Below are positions 63,233 through 64,000 of a stretch of DNA of 64,000 bases, one piece after another; within the stretch, counting starts at the first letter, position 1; each line of letters begins with the position of its first letter. The DNA lies in assembly GCA_963719315.1 (NCBI GenBank), contig CAVRBU010000017.1, forward strand, positions 104,922 through 168,921, written 5' to 3'. The position numbers and the translations under genes are program-made. The DNA is from an uncultured Planctomycetota bacterium. GTDB lineage: Bacteria > Planctomycetota > Planctomycetia > Pirellulales > Lacipirellulaceae. Under the pieces are notes generated by a model. That model saw nothing but the letters and a program-made list of their open reading frames with translations, had not been told where the DNA came from and did not search any database.

Positions 63233-63809
63233 ACAGGCTGGCTTCCCGGTGCAGAAGGACCTCGATGCATTCGACTTTAGCGCGGCGCCCGGCCTCTCGA
63301 AGCCCAAGATCCTGGAACTGGCCCGCTGCGGCTGGATTGATCAGCGTCAGAACTGCTGCCTGTTGGGTAGTTCGGGAACTGGAAAAACGCATCTGGCCAT
63401 CGCCTTGGGCCTGGCCGCCTGCCGACTGGGCAAGCGAGTCCGCTTCTTTACCGCTGCCACACTGGTCAATCGCTTGGAAGAGACGCAGAAGCAGTACCAG
63501 CTCGAGCGATTGTTGAAGCAGCTCGACAAGCTCGATCTGCTTGTCTGCGACGAGCTCGGTTATCTCTCGTTCAATCGCAGCGGAGCGGAACTGCTGTTCC
63601 AGGTATTCGCCGATCGCTACGAGCGATCCAGCCTGTTGATCACCAGCAACTTGCCGTTCAGCGAATGGCAGCAGGTGTTTCAGGGAGAACGGATGACAGC
63701 TGCTCTCTTGGACCGGCTGACGCACCACTGCGAAATCTTTGAGATGAACGGTGAAAGCTACCGCTTCCGGGAGTCGATGAAACAAAAGCGAACCACCAAG
63801 GGCAAGTAG
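63039..63809 (+). CDS. istB: IS21 helper ATPase IstB
   Basis: GSSGTGKTH, LLVCDELGY, ITSNLPF, ALLDRLTHH and GESYR. Confidence 0.95.
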   Translation: MAQKETPLLLRSNLKALRLPTMLAEYGKLAGEATNSNQDYLDYLLRLTELELATRSANALQARIKQAGFPVQKDLDAFDFSAAPGLSKPKILELARCGWIDQRQNCCLLGSSGTGKTHLAIALGLAACRLGKRVRFFTAATLVNRLEETQKQYQLERLLKQLDKLDLLVCDELGYLSFNRSGAELLFQVFADRYERSSLLITSNLPFSEWQQVFQGERMTAALLDRLTHHCEIFEMNGESYRFRESMKQKRTTKGK

Positions 63810-64000
63810 CTTTCGGGCGACCCGTCGGCAAAACGTTCGCAAATCTGCGCAACAAAATGGAGAGTTTACTCTAACCCATTAAGTGAACTAACGGAGGCGG
63901 CCGCGCGAGACCTTCGAAGGGTCTCGCGGGCCGCTCCCCAACTAACCAGGTGGGCCCAGATTCAACGCCCAGGTGGGTCCCATTTCAATGCCGATCTCCA

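Larger units (their letters stand above)
61398..64000 (+). mobile_element. IS21-family insertion sequence, complete
   Basis: TG...CA ends; 33-bp TIR (61398-61430 and 63968-64000) with 1 mismatch; extra subterminal repeats at ~61438-61461 and ~63949-63969. Confidence 0.95.

Overview
GC-rich bacterial window, most likely from a Planctomycete (Pirellulales/Lacipirellulaceae-like). The assignment rests on a PVC-type CxxCH heme protein, a Planctomycete 'extracellular' N-terminal motif, a PEP-CTERM protein and a CPXCG protein. In order, the window holds: TPR plus Wza-like polysaccharide export genes; an MFS transporter; an ~18 kb export/envelope cluster (OM barrel, YncE propeller, two CusA/CzcA-type RND pumps around a miniature adaptor lipoprotein, two secreted proteins, PG-binding adaptor plus MacB-type ABC, LbtU-like porin); an ATP-grasp/alpha-E plus transglutaminase pair; an aldehyde dehydrogenase; a PEP-CTERM protein; a ~16 kb surface-glycan locus; a PVC heme protein; and a decayed defence/mobile hotspot at tRNA-Gly(CCC). 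The hotspot contains MNT-HEPN, type ISP R-M remnants, a three-gene TIGR04255-like operon, an integrase pseudogene, IS30, an IS5 fragment, a CsrA-like gene and a complete IS21. Best candidates for novelty: (1) a translationally coupled TIGR04255-like / small protein / ART-like triad boxed between two copies of an R-M gene fragment, a candidate toxin-antitoxin-chaperone-like antiphage system; (2) a ~120 bp MITE in 4 copies, 3 with 8-bp target duplications, that carries an internal GTAG-type REP doublet; (3) eight glycan-locus enzymes ending in a C-terminal -AA, a possible ClpXP degron; (4) a TolC-less RND pair with one proton-relay-degenerate subunit. About 13 conserved genes or gene parts carry 1-2 bp frameshifts, probably long-read errors. 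Family calls come from motif recognition by eye; no searches were run.
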